IMG/VR virus record: IMGVR_UViG_3300024262_000129
Coordinates: 1-34,278 of that record
Direction: 5' to 3' (one strand)
Origin: a virus
Lineage: Duplodnaviria > Caudoviricetes
DNA: 34,278 nt
The translations under genes and the position numbers were made by a program. The notes under the pieces are model-generated. The model ran no database searches. It was not told the DNA's origin and saw only the letters and a program-made list of their open reading frames with translations. Shown piece after piece: positions 1-9,387 of the stretch (the first letter of the stretch is position 1; the number at the start of each line of letters is the position of its first letter).

Positions 1-504
1 ACTCCGTTGCTCGGTGCAGGAACTTACAACAGTGCCAACTCGGCAAACGCTGTAGAGTTCACGAACCAGCGAATTGAAATCAAAGTCGGTGAAGGAAATC
101 TTACTTGGTCGGAAGCGAAAGAGTACGAGTACCTTCGTGAACGCGGCGACCTTGACACTGTCAAGGAAGGCGACGAGCAACCCGTCGAAATGTCGATGGA
201 ATTCGTTTACGAGTATGTCAAGACTTCGTCTGGCCAGACAATCACCGCTACTGATGCCCTCAAGCAATCTGGCGAAGCCAGCGAATGGGTCTCCAGTGCG
301 GCTGACTTGTGTGAGCCTTACTGTGTCGATATTCTCGCCAAGCATTGTGTGCCCTGTGGCACTGATGAAGACGAAGATGTTCTGTTCACGGACTTCCGTT
401 ATGAGTCCTTGGATTTTGATCTTGGCGAAGCTACCATTGCCGTTGGTGGACGTTGCAATGTTTCTGAGCCCGCCGTAACTCGCTCTACTGACACCGAGTG
501 CTAA
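1..504 (+). CDS. Major tail (tail tube) protein, 5'-truncated by window edge
   Basis: Frame is open from position 1. Acidic beta-rich sequence, followed by a terminator, then the chaperone and tape measure genes, which is the canonical siphovirus order. Confidence 0.7.
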   Translation, partial: TPLLGAGTYNSANSANAVEFTNQRIEIKVGEGNLTWSEAKEYEYLRERGDLDTVKEGDEQPVEMSMEFVYEYVKTSSGQTITATDALKQSGEASEWVSSAADLCEPYCVDILAKHCVPCGTDEDEDVLFTDFRYESLDFDLGEATIAVGGRCNVSEPAVTRSTDTEC

Positions 505-542
505 ACAACACAGTCCGGTTGGAAGACGGACTTTAGAGTATT

Positions 543-581
543 GGGCAACGAGAAGCATGATGCTTCTCGTCCCTTTCTTTT
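543..581 (+). terminator. Rho-independent terminator after tail tube gene
   Basis: ACGAGAAGCA-TGA-TGCTTCTCGT stem (548-570), flanking GGG/CCC, then TTTCTTTT. A second small hairpin AGTCCG/CGGACT lies at 512-532. Confidence 0.75.
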
Positions 582-609
582 CCCTTCAGCCTCAAATGGA
601 GACACTAAT

Positions 610-1065
610 ATGAAAATCAACGGAGTCCAAGTAACTCAAGCCGAAGAACTTCTGGTTCTTCCTCGCTCTAACGGCGACGACATCGTATTCCGAGCCATCC
701 CAGTAGCAATCACAGCGGAATTTGACAGTAAGGTGCCTATGCCTGTACCTCCTATGATTCAAAAGAAAGGCGGAAAGTACCAAGACATCACTGACAAAGA
801 GTTCGTTAAAGCACTGGATCTTCGAAGCGGACGTCGCTTCTCTTTGATGTTGCTTCGTTCTCTTGAGCCCAGCAACATCGAATGGGAAACAGTCAAACTG
901 GAAGATCCCGGCACTTGGGATAAGTGGGAGGAAGAGTTGAAAGAAGCGGGACTTTCTGAAGTAGAGTGCAATCGAGTGGTCTCCACTGTGATGGCAGCAA
1001 ACTCGCTAGATGAAGACAAAATCAAAGAAGCCCGAGAGGCTTTTCTACGTGGTCAGGAAGCGTAG
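610..1065 (+). CDS. Tail assembly chaperone (lambda gpG analogue)
   Basis: ATG at 610 with GGAGA RBS. 151 aa, between the tail tube and tape measure genes, and overlapped by an ATG-less -1 frame ORF. Confidence 0.75.
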   Translation: MKINGVQVTQAEELLVLPRSNGDDIVFRAIPVAITAEFDSKVPMPVPPMIQKKGGKYQDITDKEFVKALDLRSGRRFSLMLLRSLEPSNIEWETVKLEDPGTWDKWEEELKEAGLSEVECNRVVSTVMAANSLDEDKIKEAREAFLRGQEA

Positions 1066-1271
1066 CTCGGAAGATTCTCTGGCCAAAATACCGTACATCT
1101 GAATACACGATCTGGTCGGCTTGTAGAGAGTTTGGAATTCTACCTCCCGGTATCAAACACAAAAACCATGTTTGCTGGGATGATCTCGAAACACCTCAAC
1201 AAGCCAGACTGATCGGGTTTTATCAAACAACCGAGCATGACCGTATCGAACAGACACCGAGGTTCGCCTAA
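1014..1271 (+). CDS. -1 frame extension of tail assembly chaperone (gpT analogue)
   Basis: The -1 frame is open from after TGA (1011-1013) to TAA (1269-1271): ...FSTWSGSVARKILWPKYRTSEYTIWSACREFGILPPGIKHKNHVCWDDLETPQQARLIGFYQTTEHDRIEQTPRFA*. It fills the gap exactly and its stop overlaps the next ATG (TAATG). Confidence 0.7.
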   Translation, partial: RQNQRSPRGFSTWSGSVARKILWPKYRTSEYTIWSACREFGILPPGIKHKNHVCWDDLETPQQARLIGFYQTTEHDRIEQTPRFA

Positions 1272-1801
1272 TGGCAAAGGCAATGCAATGGAAGGCCGAT
1301 TTTAAGATAGCCTGGATAGACATGGTCGCTTATAATAAAGTGATGCTGAATACGCTTCACAATATTAACGAGCGAGCAGGTAGAGCTTGGATTGACACGG
1401 CAGTAAATAAAACCCCCATTCCAACTTGGTCGGGGGCTTCGAGAGCGACATTTCAAAAACTTGCAAACGAGCTTGGAACTTCTGTTCCCATAGGCCCAAT
1501 CAAATCAAGAAAAAATCGTGTAAGTCTGGGTCACTCCACTTCAACTGGGAGCGGAATATTTGAGGACACTCCTGGGGGAATCCCAAATGAGGTTGGCTTC
1601 GTATATCAGACAAGTCTGAGATATCTCGCTTACAACGAGTACAACGTAGCGACTAAAGGCAGTCCACCTCAACCCTTCAGTAATTGTGTGCGTTTCACGC
1701 CTTACAATTTTCAAGTCCGTGCTCAAGCAGCGTGGAAAATAGAAGCTGCAAAAGCTAAATTACCAAACCCTTATAACTATCTTCGCGTGAGGTCGATATA
1801 A
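1271..1801 (+). CDS. Virion morphogenesis protein, possibly HK97 gp10-like neck/tail completion protein
   Basis: TPIPTWSGASRATF resembles the TPVDTGxLRxS motif of the HK97 gp10 family. Coupled to both neighbours by TAATG. Confidence 0.45.
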   Translation: MAKAMQWKADFKIAWIDMVAYNKVMLNTLHNINERAGRAWIDTAVNKTPIPTWSGASRATFQKLANELGTSVPIGPIKSRKNRVSLGHSTSTGSGIFEDTPGGIPNEVGFVYQTSLRYLAYNEYNVATKGSPPQPFSNCVRFTPYNFQVRAQAAWKIEAAKAKLPNPYNYLRVRSI

Positions 1802-4800
1802 TGCCTGATATCACACAAAAACTGAGTTTCAATACTCGTGGGGCCTCCACCAGTTTGACTAACCTCACAAATAAATTGAACGCTGCCAACACGGCAACTC
1901 AGGCATTTAATAAGACTACTGGGAAGAATATAGACACTAAAGGCCTCAAAAATGCCAAAGCCGGTGTAGACTCGCTCACTCTCTCTTGGAAAACGATGGC
2001 ACGGATAGCCCAGACCCAGATTGGGCTCCGAGCCTTTAATCTCACTATCCAAGCATTAAAGGACGGCGTCAATCAAGCCAAAGAGCTTGGGCTAGCTATC
2101 GAAGAAATCCAAACCATCATGGGGCGAACTCTCCCTAGTGCTGGTCTGCAACAGCAAGTTCTTGATCTATCGGACTCGCTCGGGGCTCCCGCTCTGGGCT
2201 TGGCTGAAGGTCTGTATCAGACTTTGTCGAACCAAGTTGTAGACACCGCAGACTCAATGGGTTTCTTGACGCAGGCCACTAAACTGGCCCGCGTCACAGC
2301 TTCGGACACAAAGTCTGCTGTAAACGCATTGTCGTCTGTTATGAACTCCTATGGCCTAGCCGCCTCGGAGGCAGAGCACATCGCGGGCACGTTGTTTAAG
2401 ACGGTAGAGTTAGGTCGTTTGCGTTTGGACGAGATAGGTGACATCATCGGACGTGTCACTCCGCTTACTGCTGCGATGGGTGTAGAGTGGGAAGAGGCTG
2501 CGGCTGCCATAGCTGTCATGACTCGTCAAGGCGTTAAAGCCGACACCGCGATCACTCAGTTACGAGCGATCATGACAAAGATCATTAGACCTACCAAAGA
2601 GATGCGTGACATCTTCCACTCATGGGGAGTGAAAGATGGTAAAGAAGCTGTTGAAGCTTTCGGCGGTATTGGGGCAGTGCTGAAAAAACTAGCTGTAGAA
2701 ACAGGCGGAAGTTCAGAAGCAATGGCTGACTTGCTGCGTCGTGTGCGCACGATCGTTGGCCAGTTGTCTTTGATGAACGACGGTGGTGTTCTCCTTGATG
2801 AGACAATGGGGAAATTGAAAAAGTCCACTAACGAGGTTGCTACACAATGGGAAGAGTTCACCCAATCTGATGCTTACCGTTTAGAGAAGTCGGTAAACGA
2901 ATTCAAAAACTCGTTGACACGTGCGGGAACTGAAGCCCTCCCTGTCATCGTGAAAGCGATGGAGCATATAAACTGGCACCTTGAAACCCACGTTAAAGGT
3001 TGGAAAGTGCTGCTTGGTCTTTGGGACACAGCCGCAAAATATCAGGTAAACTTCAAGGAAGCAGCTAAAAAAGCACAGGAAGAAATTGACCGCTTAAACA
3101 AAGAGCACTCTGAGAATCAGAAAAAACGCTATGAGGGCATGACTAAATCTCAAGCTCAATTTTATCTTGATTCTAGAAAACAGGAGATAAGAGCCGAACA
3201 GATTCGAGACGCCGGGGTCGAGAGAGCAACCCAAGCGGTCAAAGATCAAGCTAAAAATGTAGTTAACCTATACAAAAGCGCGACAAAAGAACTGTCTTCA
3301 TTTGTTGACAAAATCAACTCTAAAATAAAATCCAATACTGAGAAAATTGCGGACATCAATCAAAAGATTGCAGACCGTAAATTACAGCATGAGCTTGGTA
3401 ACGCAAGAAATTCCTATCAAAAGCGACAAATTCTTGAATCGGCGTTCAATAAACAACAAATGGCAGCAGCGAAAGCCTTAAGAAAGGTAGGCTCCTCTGA
3501 GGTAAGCAAGGATAAGGCTATCAAAGCAAACGAGTTAGCGACCAATTTGGCCGAACAAGCAGAGGAAATGGCCAAAGGAGCAAACAACGCTCGTGAGGAA
3601 GCCAGATGGCATAGTGTCGTTAATAAGATGTATGGCGACCGAGGCAAGATTCTCGCGCGCAACTCCAAATATCTAAAAAGCGCCAAACCTTTTGCCGAGC
3701 AGATTTCCAAGGGCATGGAGAAAGACGGAGATAGATTTGCCAAACTGAAAAAGCAGTATGACGCCATCTATAAGAGTGGAGACCTTACAAGTCGCAACGA
3801 AGAGATACAGAAAAACGCCCGCGCCAATCTCACCAAAATCGAAGCAGAGATGCTTAAGATCGTCACCAACGCGGAGCGAGCCGACAAGTTTTTCAAGTCT
3901 CTTGGTCTTGAGTCCAACCTGCCAAAAATCACAAGTGCCTTGACTGGTGCCCTTGATGCGGCCCATAAAGATTGGCCTGCCGAAATTAAAAGATTAAATG
4001 ATACCCTCGCCGCCACGTCACTTAAATTAAAACTTGAGCTTGATCCAAAAGGAATAAAAGAACAAGCGGCAAAGGACATCGGACTAGCAGACGTAGAGGG
4101 CGAGAGCGGTGTGGCACGCCTAAAACGTTCGGACGAAGCCCAAATAGAGAGAAGAAAACAACATGAAGATGCGGTCAAAAAGATAGAAACAGCACAAATA
4201 AAATTAAACACCCGCACGGAGCAGTTTCAGCCAATCTTGAACAAAGCTGGCGAACAGATCAAAAAGATGCTTGCCGATCTTCAAAAAGGTCTGGGAGTCG
4301 GACAAACTTTAGCATTCACTCCAGGCCCCGCTGGGAATGTGACCTCCGCCACCAGAACGCAAGAGCAAATCACGGACCCTCAAGCACTAGCGACAGCAAA
4401 ATTAAAAGCCTTGGAGGCAAAGAAGTATTTTGAGATTTTGAAACAGGCGTCAGAGCAGCAAAACAAAGGTCGCCAAATAGATGAGGCGGTGCTCCAAGCC
4501 ATTCGTGGCCGCGTTTTCACTTTGCGTGAAGAGAGAGCCATAACGAGCAGTCTTAAGGATGATTTGTTTCTTATGCTTAAGTCTCTTGAGGGTGGTGCTG
4601 ACGAAGCCAAGGACCTTAAAACCAGCATGAAAGACGCTCTCCTCAGTACGCCCACAGAAGCTATGGAGAAGAACGCGGAGTCCATGTTTAAGACGAGGGA
4701 CGCCTCGGAAGCTGCTGCCGAAGCCGCGAGAAAAGCCGATGTAAATATAAAAAACCAAGGCACCAATGTACGTAGTGTGAAAGACACAACTGACCAGTAC

Positions 4801-5283
4801 AAGACCTCTATGGACGGTGTTAATACTTCTGCTGGAAATGTTGTCACAACCACCTCGCAAATAGGTGCAACTGCTTCCGCTCAAGTGGCTGGGGTAAACT
4901 CACTTACCGAGGCATATAGTGCTTTGGCAAAGGCTCAAGCCGCTAGTGCTGTTGGAGGCACAGTCCCCTCTTATCATGGCGGTCCAATGGCTCGTTATTT
5001 TGCTGAAGGTGGTATTGTGCCTCGCGGTCAAGATCGTATTCCAACTGCCTTGTCGAGAGGTGAGACAGTGATAAACTCTAGAAGTAGCAAACGATTCTTC
5101 TCAGAGTTGAACGCAATGAATCAAGGTTCGCAACCTGCATATCGTGAGCAAGGCGGGCCAGTCACCAACGTAGGTGACGTGAACGTAACGGTAAACGGCG
5201 GAGACTCATCACAGCAAACTGTGAGGAGTATTGGCCACGCACTCCGGCGTGAAATTAAGCGTGGTACTATAACTCTTCGATAA
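1801..5283 (+). CDS. Tail tape measure protein (TP901-family core)
   Basis: 1160 aa, helical and Ala/Lys-rich. Core motifs LSSVMNSYGL, IAVMTRQGVKADTAITQLRAIM; typical C-terminal FAEGG...DRIPTALSRGETVIN. Confidence 0.95.
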   Translation: MPDITQKLSFNTRGASTSLTNLTNKLNAANTATQAFNKTTGKNIDTKGLKNAKAGVDSLTLSWKTMARIAQTQIGLRAFNLTIQALKDGVNQAKELGLAIEEIQTIMGRTLPSAGLQQQVLDLSDSLGAPALGLAEGLYQTLSNQVVDTADSMGFLTQATKLARVTASDTKSAVNALSSVMNSYGLAASEAEHIAGTLFKTVELGRLRLDEIGDIIGRVTPLTAAMGVEWEEAAAAIAVMTRQGVKADTAITQLRAIMTKIIRPTKEMRDIFHSWGVKDGKEAVEAFGGIGAVLKKLAVETGGSSEAMADLLRRVRTIVGQLSLMNDGGVLLDETMGKLKKSTNEVATQWEEFTQSDAYRLEKSVNEFKNSLTRAGTEALPVIVKAMEHINWHLETHVKGWKVLLGLWDTAAKYQVNFKEAAKKAQEEIDRLNKEHSENQKKRYEGMTKSQAQFYLDSRKQEIRAEQIRDAGVERATQAVKDQAKNVVNLYKSATKELSSFVDKINSKIKSNTEKIADINQKIADRKLQHELGNARNSYQKRQILESAFNKQQMAAAKALRKVGSSEVSKDKAIKANELATNLAEQAEEMAKGANNAREEARWHSVVNKMYGDRGKILARNSKYLKSAKPFAEQISKGMEKDGDRFAKLKKQYDAIYKSGDLTSRNEEIQKNARANLTKIEAEMLKIVTNAERADKFFKSLGLESNLPKITSALTGALDAAHKDWPAEIKRLNDTLAATSLKLKLELDPKGIKEQAAKDIGLADVEGESGVARLKRSDEAQIERRKQHEDAVKKIETAQIKLNTRTEQFQPILNKAGEQIKKMLADLQKGLGVGQTLAFTPGPAGNVTSATRTQEQITDPQALATAKLKALEAKKYFEILKQASEQQNKGRQIDEAVLQAIRGRVFTLREERAITSSLKDDLFLMLKSLEGGADEAKDLKTSMKDALLSTPTEAMEKNAESMFKTRDASEAAAEAARKADVNIKNQGTNVRSVKDTTDQYKTSMDGVNTSAGNVVTTTSQIGATASAQVAGVNSLTEAYSALAKAQAASAVGGTVPSYHGGPMARYFAEGGIVPRGQDRIPTALSRGETVINSRSSKRFFSELNAMNQGSQPAYREQGGPVTNVGDVNVTVNGGDSSQQTVRSIGHALRREIKRGTITLR

Positions 5284-5297
5284 TTGGAGAAGAACAG

Positions 5298-5795
5298 ATG
5301 TTTGTACAGAAAGCCAAATTGGCAGGCCGATTTGTCGTCGAGCACAGAGACGCCGACGATACTCTTAAAGCAACGTATGAATTCCCGAACGCGATTGTTG
5401 ACGTTGGTCTTAATCACATCCTTGATGTGTGGGCTCATGGAGCGTCTCAAGTAGCCACGTGGTATCTGGGGTTGGTAGACAACTCTGGTTGGACCGCGTT
5501 CGCCGACGTTGACACGTTGGCTTCCCACGCTGGGTGGAGCGAATTCGTCAGCTACACCGAAGCCAACCGCGTTGAGTGGGACGAGGACGCAGCGGCCTCT
5601 CGTGCTATTAGTAATACCACGACTGCCGATTTCAGTGTCAATGCCACTGGAAACGTCAAGGGCATCTTTGTGTCCAGTAACAATGTAAAGAGCACCGGCA
5701 CCACAGGCACCCTGTGGAGCACTGCTGCTTTCTCTTCGGTCGTAGCAACGGCCAATGGTGACACGTTGAAAGTGACTTACACTGTCAGCGGTTAA
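5298..5795 (+). CDS. Virion structural/minor tail protein
   Basis: GGAGA RBS. Motifs NAIVDVGLNHIL, WYLGL, GTLWS, GDTLKVTYTVS are typical of small tail-fibre-base-like proteins. Directly follows the tape measure gene. Confidence 0.65.
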   Translation: MFVQKAKLAGRFVVEHRDADDTLKATYEFPNAIVDVGLNHILDVWAHGASQVATWYLGLVDNSGWTAFADVDTLASHAGWSEFVSYTEANRVEWDEDAAASRAISNTTTADFSVNATGNVKGIFVSSNNVKSTGTTGTLWSTAAFSSVVATANGDTLKVTYTVSG

Positions 5796-5809
5796 GTTTT
5801 GACTGTCAC

Positions 5810-5836
5810 GGGAGACAGCCGTCTGGGCTGTCTCCC
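5810..5836 (+). promoter_or_regulatory. Strong intergenic hairpin without U-tract
   Basis: GGGAGACAGCC-GTCTG-GGCTGTCTCCC, an 11-bp perfect stem. Confidence 0.65.
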
Positions 5837-5857
5837 ATGAGGCTTGGAGATACTACA

Positions 5858-6934
5858 ATGGCGTTACTTTGGGTTGATGGTTTTGAGAAGTGGGGCACTG
5901 GCAACGCTGTATCTCCAGCAGCTACAGTTGCCTCAAAGTATAAACTTGCTGGTCCTGCTGGAATGGATATTGTTGCTGGTCGTTATAATGGCTACGCTCT
6001 TATGATGGATGACACTTCAGCATACATTCAAACACCTCATATTCACAGCGGCAGCCCAGATAGAACTTTGATTTGCGGTCTTGCTTACAAAGCCGTCAGT
6101 TTGTATGCAGGTCAATTTGTGATGACCTTCGTGCATCCATCCGAAGACGGAGAACTTAACACTTCCCAGTTCACTCTCAGGCTTAGTGCCAACACACCCA
6201 ATTCTGGACTTTATATTACTCGCGGTAATACTACCCTGACTACCAACAATGATGCTCTTCTTACCAGCAACACGTGGGCATATATAGAGATGAAGGTGTA
6301 TTGTCATCCGACCGCTGGTACATGTAATGTGTACGTTGATGGAACTGAGGTGATAAGCTACACTGGTAACACTCAGCATCGTAGTTACAATGAATCAACT
6401 ACATACAGTGCTGTGTATCTTAGTGCTCGCACCACCTACGGTAAAGAACATCACTTTGACGATTTGTATATTGCTGACGGAAGTGGCAACACAGTCAATG
6501 ATGTACTAGGCCCTTGTCACGTAGAATGCTTGTCTCCTACAAGTGATGCATCTGGAAACTGGACGCCTAACACAGGCAACAATATGTATGATAACGTCAA
6601 CTCACAAGAGGCAGACAGTGACTTTATCTATACTAGCGCCAGTGGCAACCAAGCAGTGTTTGAGCTTGACAATCTTTCTGCCAACGTTGCTGGCGGGACT
6701 GTTAAAGGCATAATGTTGAACGCCGAGTCAGAGCAAATTGGCAACAGTATTATGTATGCTAAAACTCTAACGCAGAACGGATCGGGTAACACGGTTCAAC
6801 ACACTGGCAACTTCATGCCGGGTACAGACGGTGTGTCTTTAAGTCACACCGTAATTATGGAAGATGATCCAGATGGCAACGCATGGTCGCTATCTACTGT
6901 TAATCAGTTACGTGCCGGTGTGGAGGCGTCATAA
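5858..6934 (+). CDS. Concanavalin A/LamG-like lectin-fold virion protein (paralog 1)
   Basis: ATG 5858 with GGAGA RBS. MALLWVDGFE N-terminus, W-x-YIEMKV...GTCNVYVDG, FDDLYI-DG motifs. Confidence 0.65.
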   Translation: MALLWVDGFEKWGTGNAVSPAATVASKYKLAGPAGMDIVAGRYNGYALMMDDTSAYIQTPHIHSGSPDRTLICGLAYKAVSLYAGQFVMTFVHPSEDGELNTSQFTLRLSANTPNSGLYITRGNTTLTTNNDALLTSNTWAYIEMKVYCHPTAGTCNVYVDGTEVISYTGNTQHRSYNESTTYSAVYLSARTTYGKEHHFDDLYIADGSGNTVNDVLGPCHVECLSPTSDASGNWTPNTGNNMYDNVNSQEADSDFIYTSASGNQAVFELDNLSANVAGGTVKGIMLNAESEQIGNSIMYAKTLTQNGSGNTVQHTGNFMPGTDGVSLSHTVIMEDDPDGNAWSLSTVNQLRAGVEAS

Positions 6935-8007
6935 TGGCTCTTGTATGGTGTGATGGTTTTGATGGTTACGGGGACACAGATAACACTGCCCCCGCCCCTA
7001 CCGATGTGCTCGCTGATAAGTATTCTACTGTCAACGAAGAGACTTATCTACGTATTAAAAGCGCTGCTCGCACTGGTAGTTGGTCTATGCTTATGAACAC
7101 TGGAACAACGACTCAGGGTTACTTTATTACTGATGCTGTTGTTACTGGCGACACATGTATAGCGGGTATAGCCTACTATGCAAAATACGTATCTTACGCA
7201 TACTACCATCAACGTTGGCCTCTTCTCGTATTCACAAACACTGATGGTGACGCAAACGTTGAATTGCTATTCGCTGGTGGTCACATGTTTGTGTGTGGTC
7301 CGAACCGCACTTATCTTGGTGGCTGTCGCGCACCAGTAACCATCGCGAAATTCAATTACGTAGAGATGAAAGTATACCATCATGCCACCGCTGGCACAGT
7401 AGAGGTACGAATCAACGGATGTCCTGTGTTTGTCAAGACTGGACTGGACACTCTCTACGCTAGTGCCAAGCCTACCGTTGCCGTTTCTGTAGGTGGTGCA
7501 TACGACGCAGAGTACAACTACCTAACTCAGGTAGATGACTTTTATGTATGCGACGGATCAGGAAGCGACAACAACGACTTTCTCGGACCCATCAATGTTG
7601 AAACTCTTTGGGCGGCTTCAGACGACACCGCTGAGTTTGCAACAACTGGCAACGCCAATTACAGCACTCATTACGAGCAGGTGATCCGTGAAGAGCGTGA
7701 CGAGGCAACAGATTATGTTGAAGACGCAACAACTGGTAACACCGACATCTTTGGCATGGACGCCGCTTCAGTATACGACAGTGTAAAAGGTGTTATCGTC
7801 TGGGGTGCAGTGCAATACGACACTGCCACAGCCAACTACAGACTGTCTCTTGAAAGTAGCAACACCTCTACATACAGTTCTAACGCAGTTTGTCCTGCTA
7901 GCGTTGAAATCCATTCGTTGGTTGTTGAGAATGACCCAAGTACCAGCGCTGCATTTACAAGCAGCGCCCTCGACAGCATTCTTTGTGGCATCGAAGTAAT
8001 CGCATAG
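6934..8007 (+). CDS. Concanavalin A/LamG-like lectin-fold virion protein (paralog 2)
   Basis: MALVWCDGFD, YVEMKVYHHATAGTVEVRING, VDDFYVCDGSG...LGP are collinear with paralog 1. Confidence 0.65.
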   Translation: MALVWCDGFDGYGDTDNTAPAPTDVLADKYSTVNEETYLRIKSAARTGSWSMLMNTGTTTQGYFITDAVVTGDTCIAGIAYYAKYVSYAYYHQRWPLLVFTNTDGDANVELLFAGGHMFVCGPNRTYLGGCRAPVTIAKFNYVEMKVYHHATAGTVEVRINGCPVFVKTGLDTLYASAKPTVAVSVGGAYDAEYNYLTQVDDFYVCDGSGSDNNDFLGPINVETLWAASDDTAEFATTGNANYSTHYEQVIREERDEATDYVEDATTGNTDIFGMDAASVYDSVKGVIVWGAVQYDTATANYRLSLESSNTSTYSSNAVCPASVEIHSLVVENDPSTSAAFTSSALDSILCGIEVIA

Positions 8008-8016
8008 GAGTGAACC

Positions 8017-9387
8017 ATGAGCGTTCGCTTATCTCAATTTTATACTGAGGTCGTTGGGACTCCAGATCAATCGGTAGCATCTTTAAGATGCGAACGATTG
8101 TATGTGGACGTCCTAGTTCAACTACCCGCTGGCGGCACACCTACTACTCACAATGAATCAGTCAACCAAGCGATAACATTTGTTTCTACTGCTTCTGGTA
8201 TAGTAGAAGAACAAGACGCCTCATCCACCCTGTCGCTAACCAGCAACGCAACTGTTGCTCGTGATCTTTCTCTATCCGTATCCGATGTGCTTGGCTTTTC
8301 TAGCGAGGGTGGGCGAACCCACACAGCGTCAGCAACCTCTACTCTCAATTTCTCATCGACGTTCAATGAATTCAATTACGTTGACGATAGGAAGCCTGCT
8401 GGTAACACTCTTAATCTAACCCAGTTAGTTATTGAGAATAGTAACAGAGTTGTTTCTCAAAATCTAGGTCTCACGCAGACCGTCAATTTACAAGCTCCTA
8501 CCAAGCTGGTGGTACATCAGCTTCTTGGCGTTTACGATCACACTAGCACTCCACACCGCGCGTGGGTAACGGATGACTTAGGTATCGCTAGTTTCCTCGG
8601 CATCGCGTTGCCTACTCAACACGTGTCAGACACAATTAACTTTGCCCAAGACTCTCCGATCGGGCGGGTAGATCAAACACTCAGTTTCGTTCAAACTCTC
8701 ACGTATGGCTTCTCGCACTCTGCTTCTCAAAACCTTAGCATATCTGACAGCGTAGCAGTGCAGGGTATATTTGTTCGTGACGCAACCCATAGCAACTTCA
8801 TCGGCCACGCTCTAACTTGGTACGAGGATGGTCCATGCGAACGCAAGCAGTATACGCCGTTCCAGGGTGAGAACACGATTCCTAACAGTCCTTATACACC
8901 TCCGGCCAACGTCCTGCAAGATCCTCAAGGCAACACTGAAAACTTTGCTATTTACGTTCCTTACTTGGGAGTCCCCACAAGTAAAGTGACGATGAGAAAA
9001 CCGGAGATGGACAACCGCGATCGAAACGCTTACACCCGTGTAAATCAAGAGACACGTGGTGGAAAGTTGATCGTGTACGCTGATCCTCAGTGGCCTAATG
9101 TTAGAACCTTGGCAGTCACGATCATCGGTTTGCTTGAGGCTGAAGTAGACGAGTTCCAGGCTTTCATGTTGGCAACTGTAGGTCAAGAAATAGGTCTTTC
9201 CGACTGGGAAGGTCGTCTTTGGAAAGGTGTCATAACCAACCCAAATGAGGCGGCCACTCAGGACGGAAAGAAACGCTGGACAATCACATTCGAGTTCGAA
9301 GGTGAGATGCTGGACGTTGAACAACCAGGAGGCGAGGACGGCTCGCAAATGAATCTATCTCAATCAGTTTCAGTGGTGGTAGTATGA
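8017..9387 (+). CDS. Tail protein: N-terminal Ser/Thr-rich beta repeats plus C-terminal distal-tail-like domain
   Basis: About 10 degenerate repeats of type SVSDVLGFSSE / SASQNLSISDSV. The C-terminal ~120 aa align with the next gene. Confidence 0.6.
   Translation: MSVRLSQFYTEVVGTPDQSVASLRCERLYVDVLVQLPAGGTPTTHNESVNQAITFVSTASGIVEEQDASSTLSLTSNATVARDLSLSVSDVLGFSSEGGRTHTASATSTLNFSSTFNEFNYVDDRKPAGNTLNLTQLVIENSNRVVSQNLGLTQTVNLQAPTKLVVHQLLGVYDHTSTPHRAWVTDDLGIASFLGIALPTQHVSDTINFAQDSPIGRVDQTLSFVQTLTYGFSHSASQNLSISDSVAVQGIFVRDATHSNFIGHALTWYEDGPCERKQYTPFQGENTIPNSPYTPPANVLQDPQGNTENFAIYVPYLGVPTSKVTMRKPEMDNRDRNAYTRVNQETRGGKLIVYADPQWPNVRTLAVTIIGLLEAEVDEFQAFMLATVGQEIGLSDWEGRLWKGVITNPNEAATQDGKKRWTITFEFEGEMLDVEQPGGEDGSQMNLSQSVSVVVV

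Noticed and set aside
1066-1212. In-frame continuation after the chaperone TAG (amber readthrough or recoded TAG)
   Set aside because: The -1 frame is longer, looks like gpT and couples to the next ATG. Other genes end normally at TAG and long genes are uninterrupted, so there is no sign of an alternative code.
3000-4760. A-rich central part of the tape measure gene as a foreign insertion
   Set aside because: Explained by Lys/Glu-rich coiled-coil composition; no boundaries or repeats seen.
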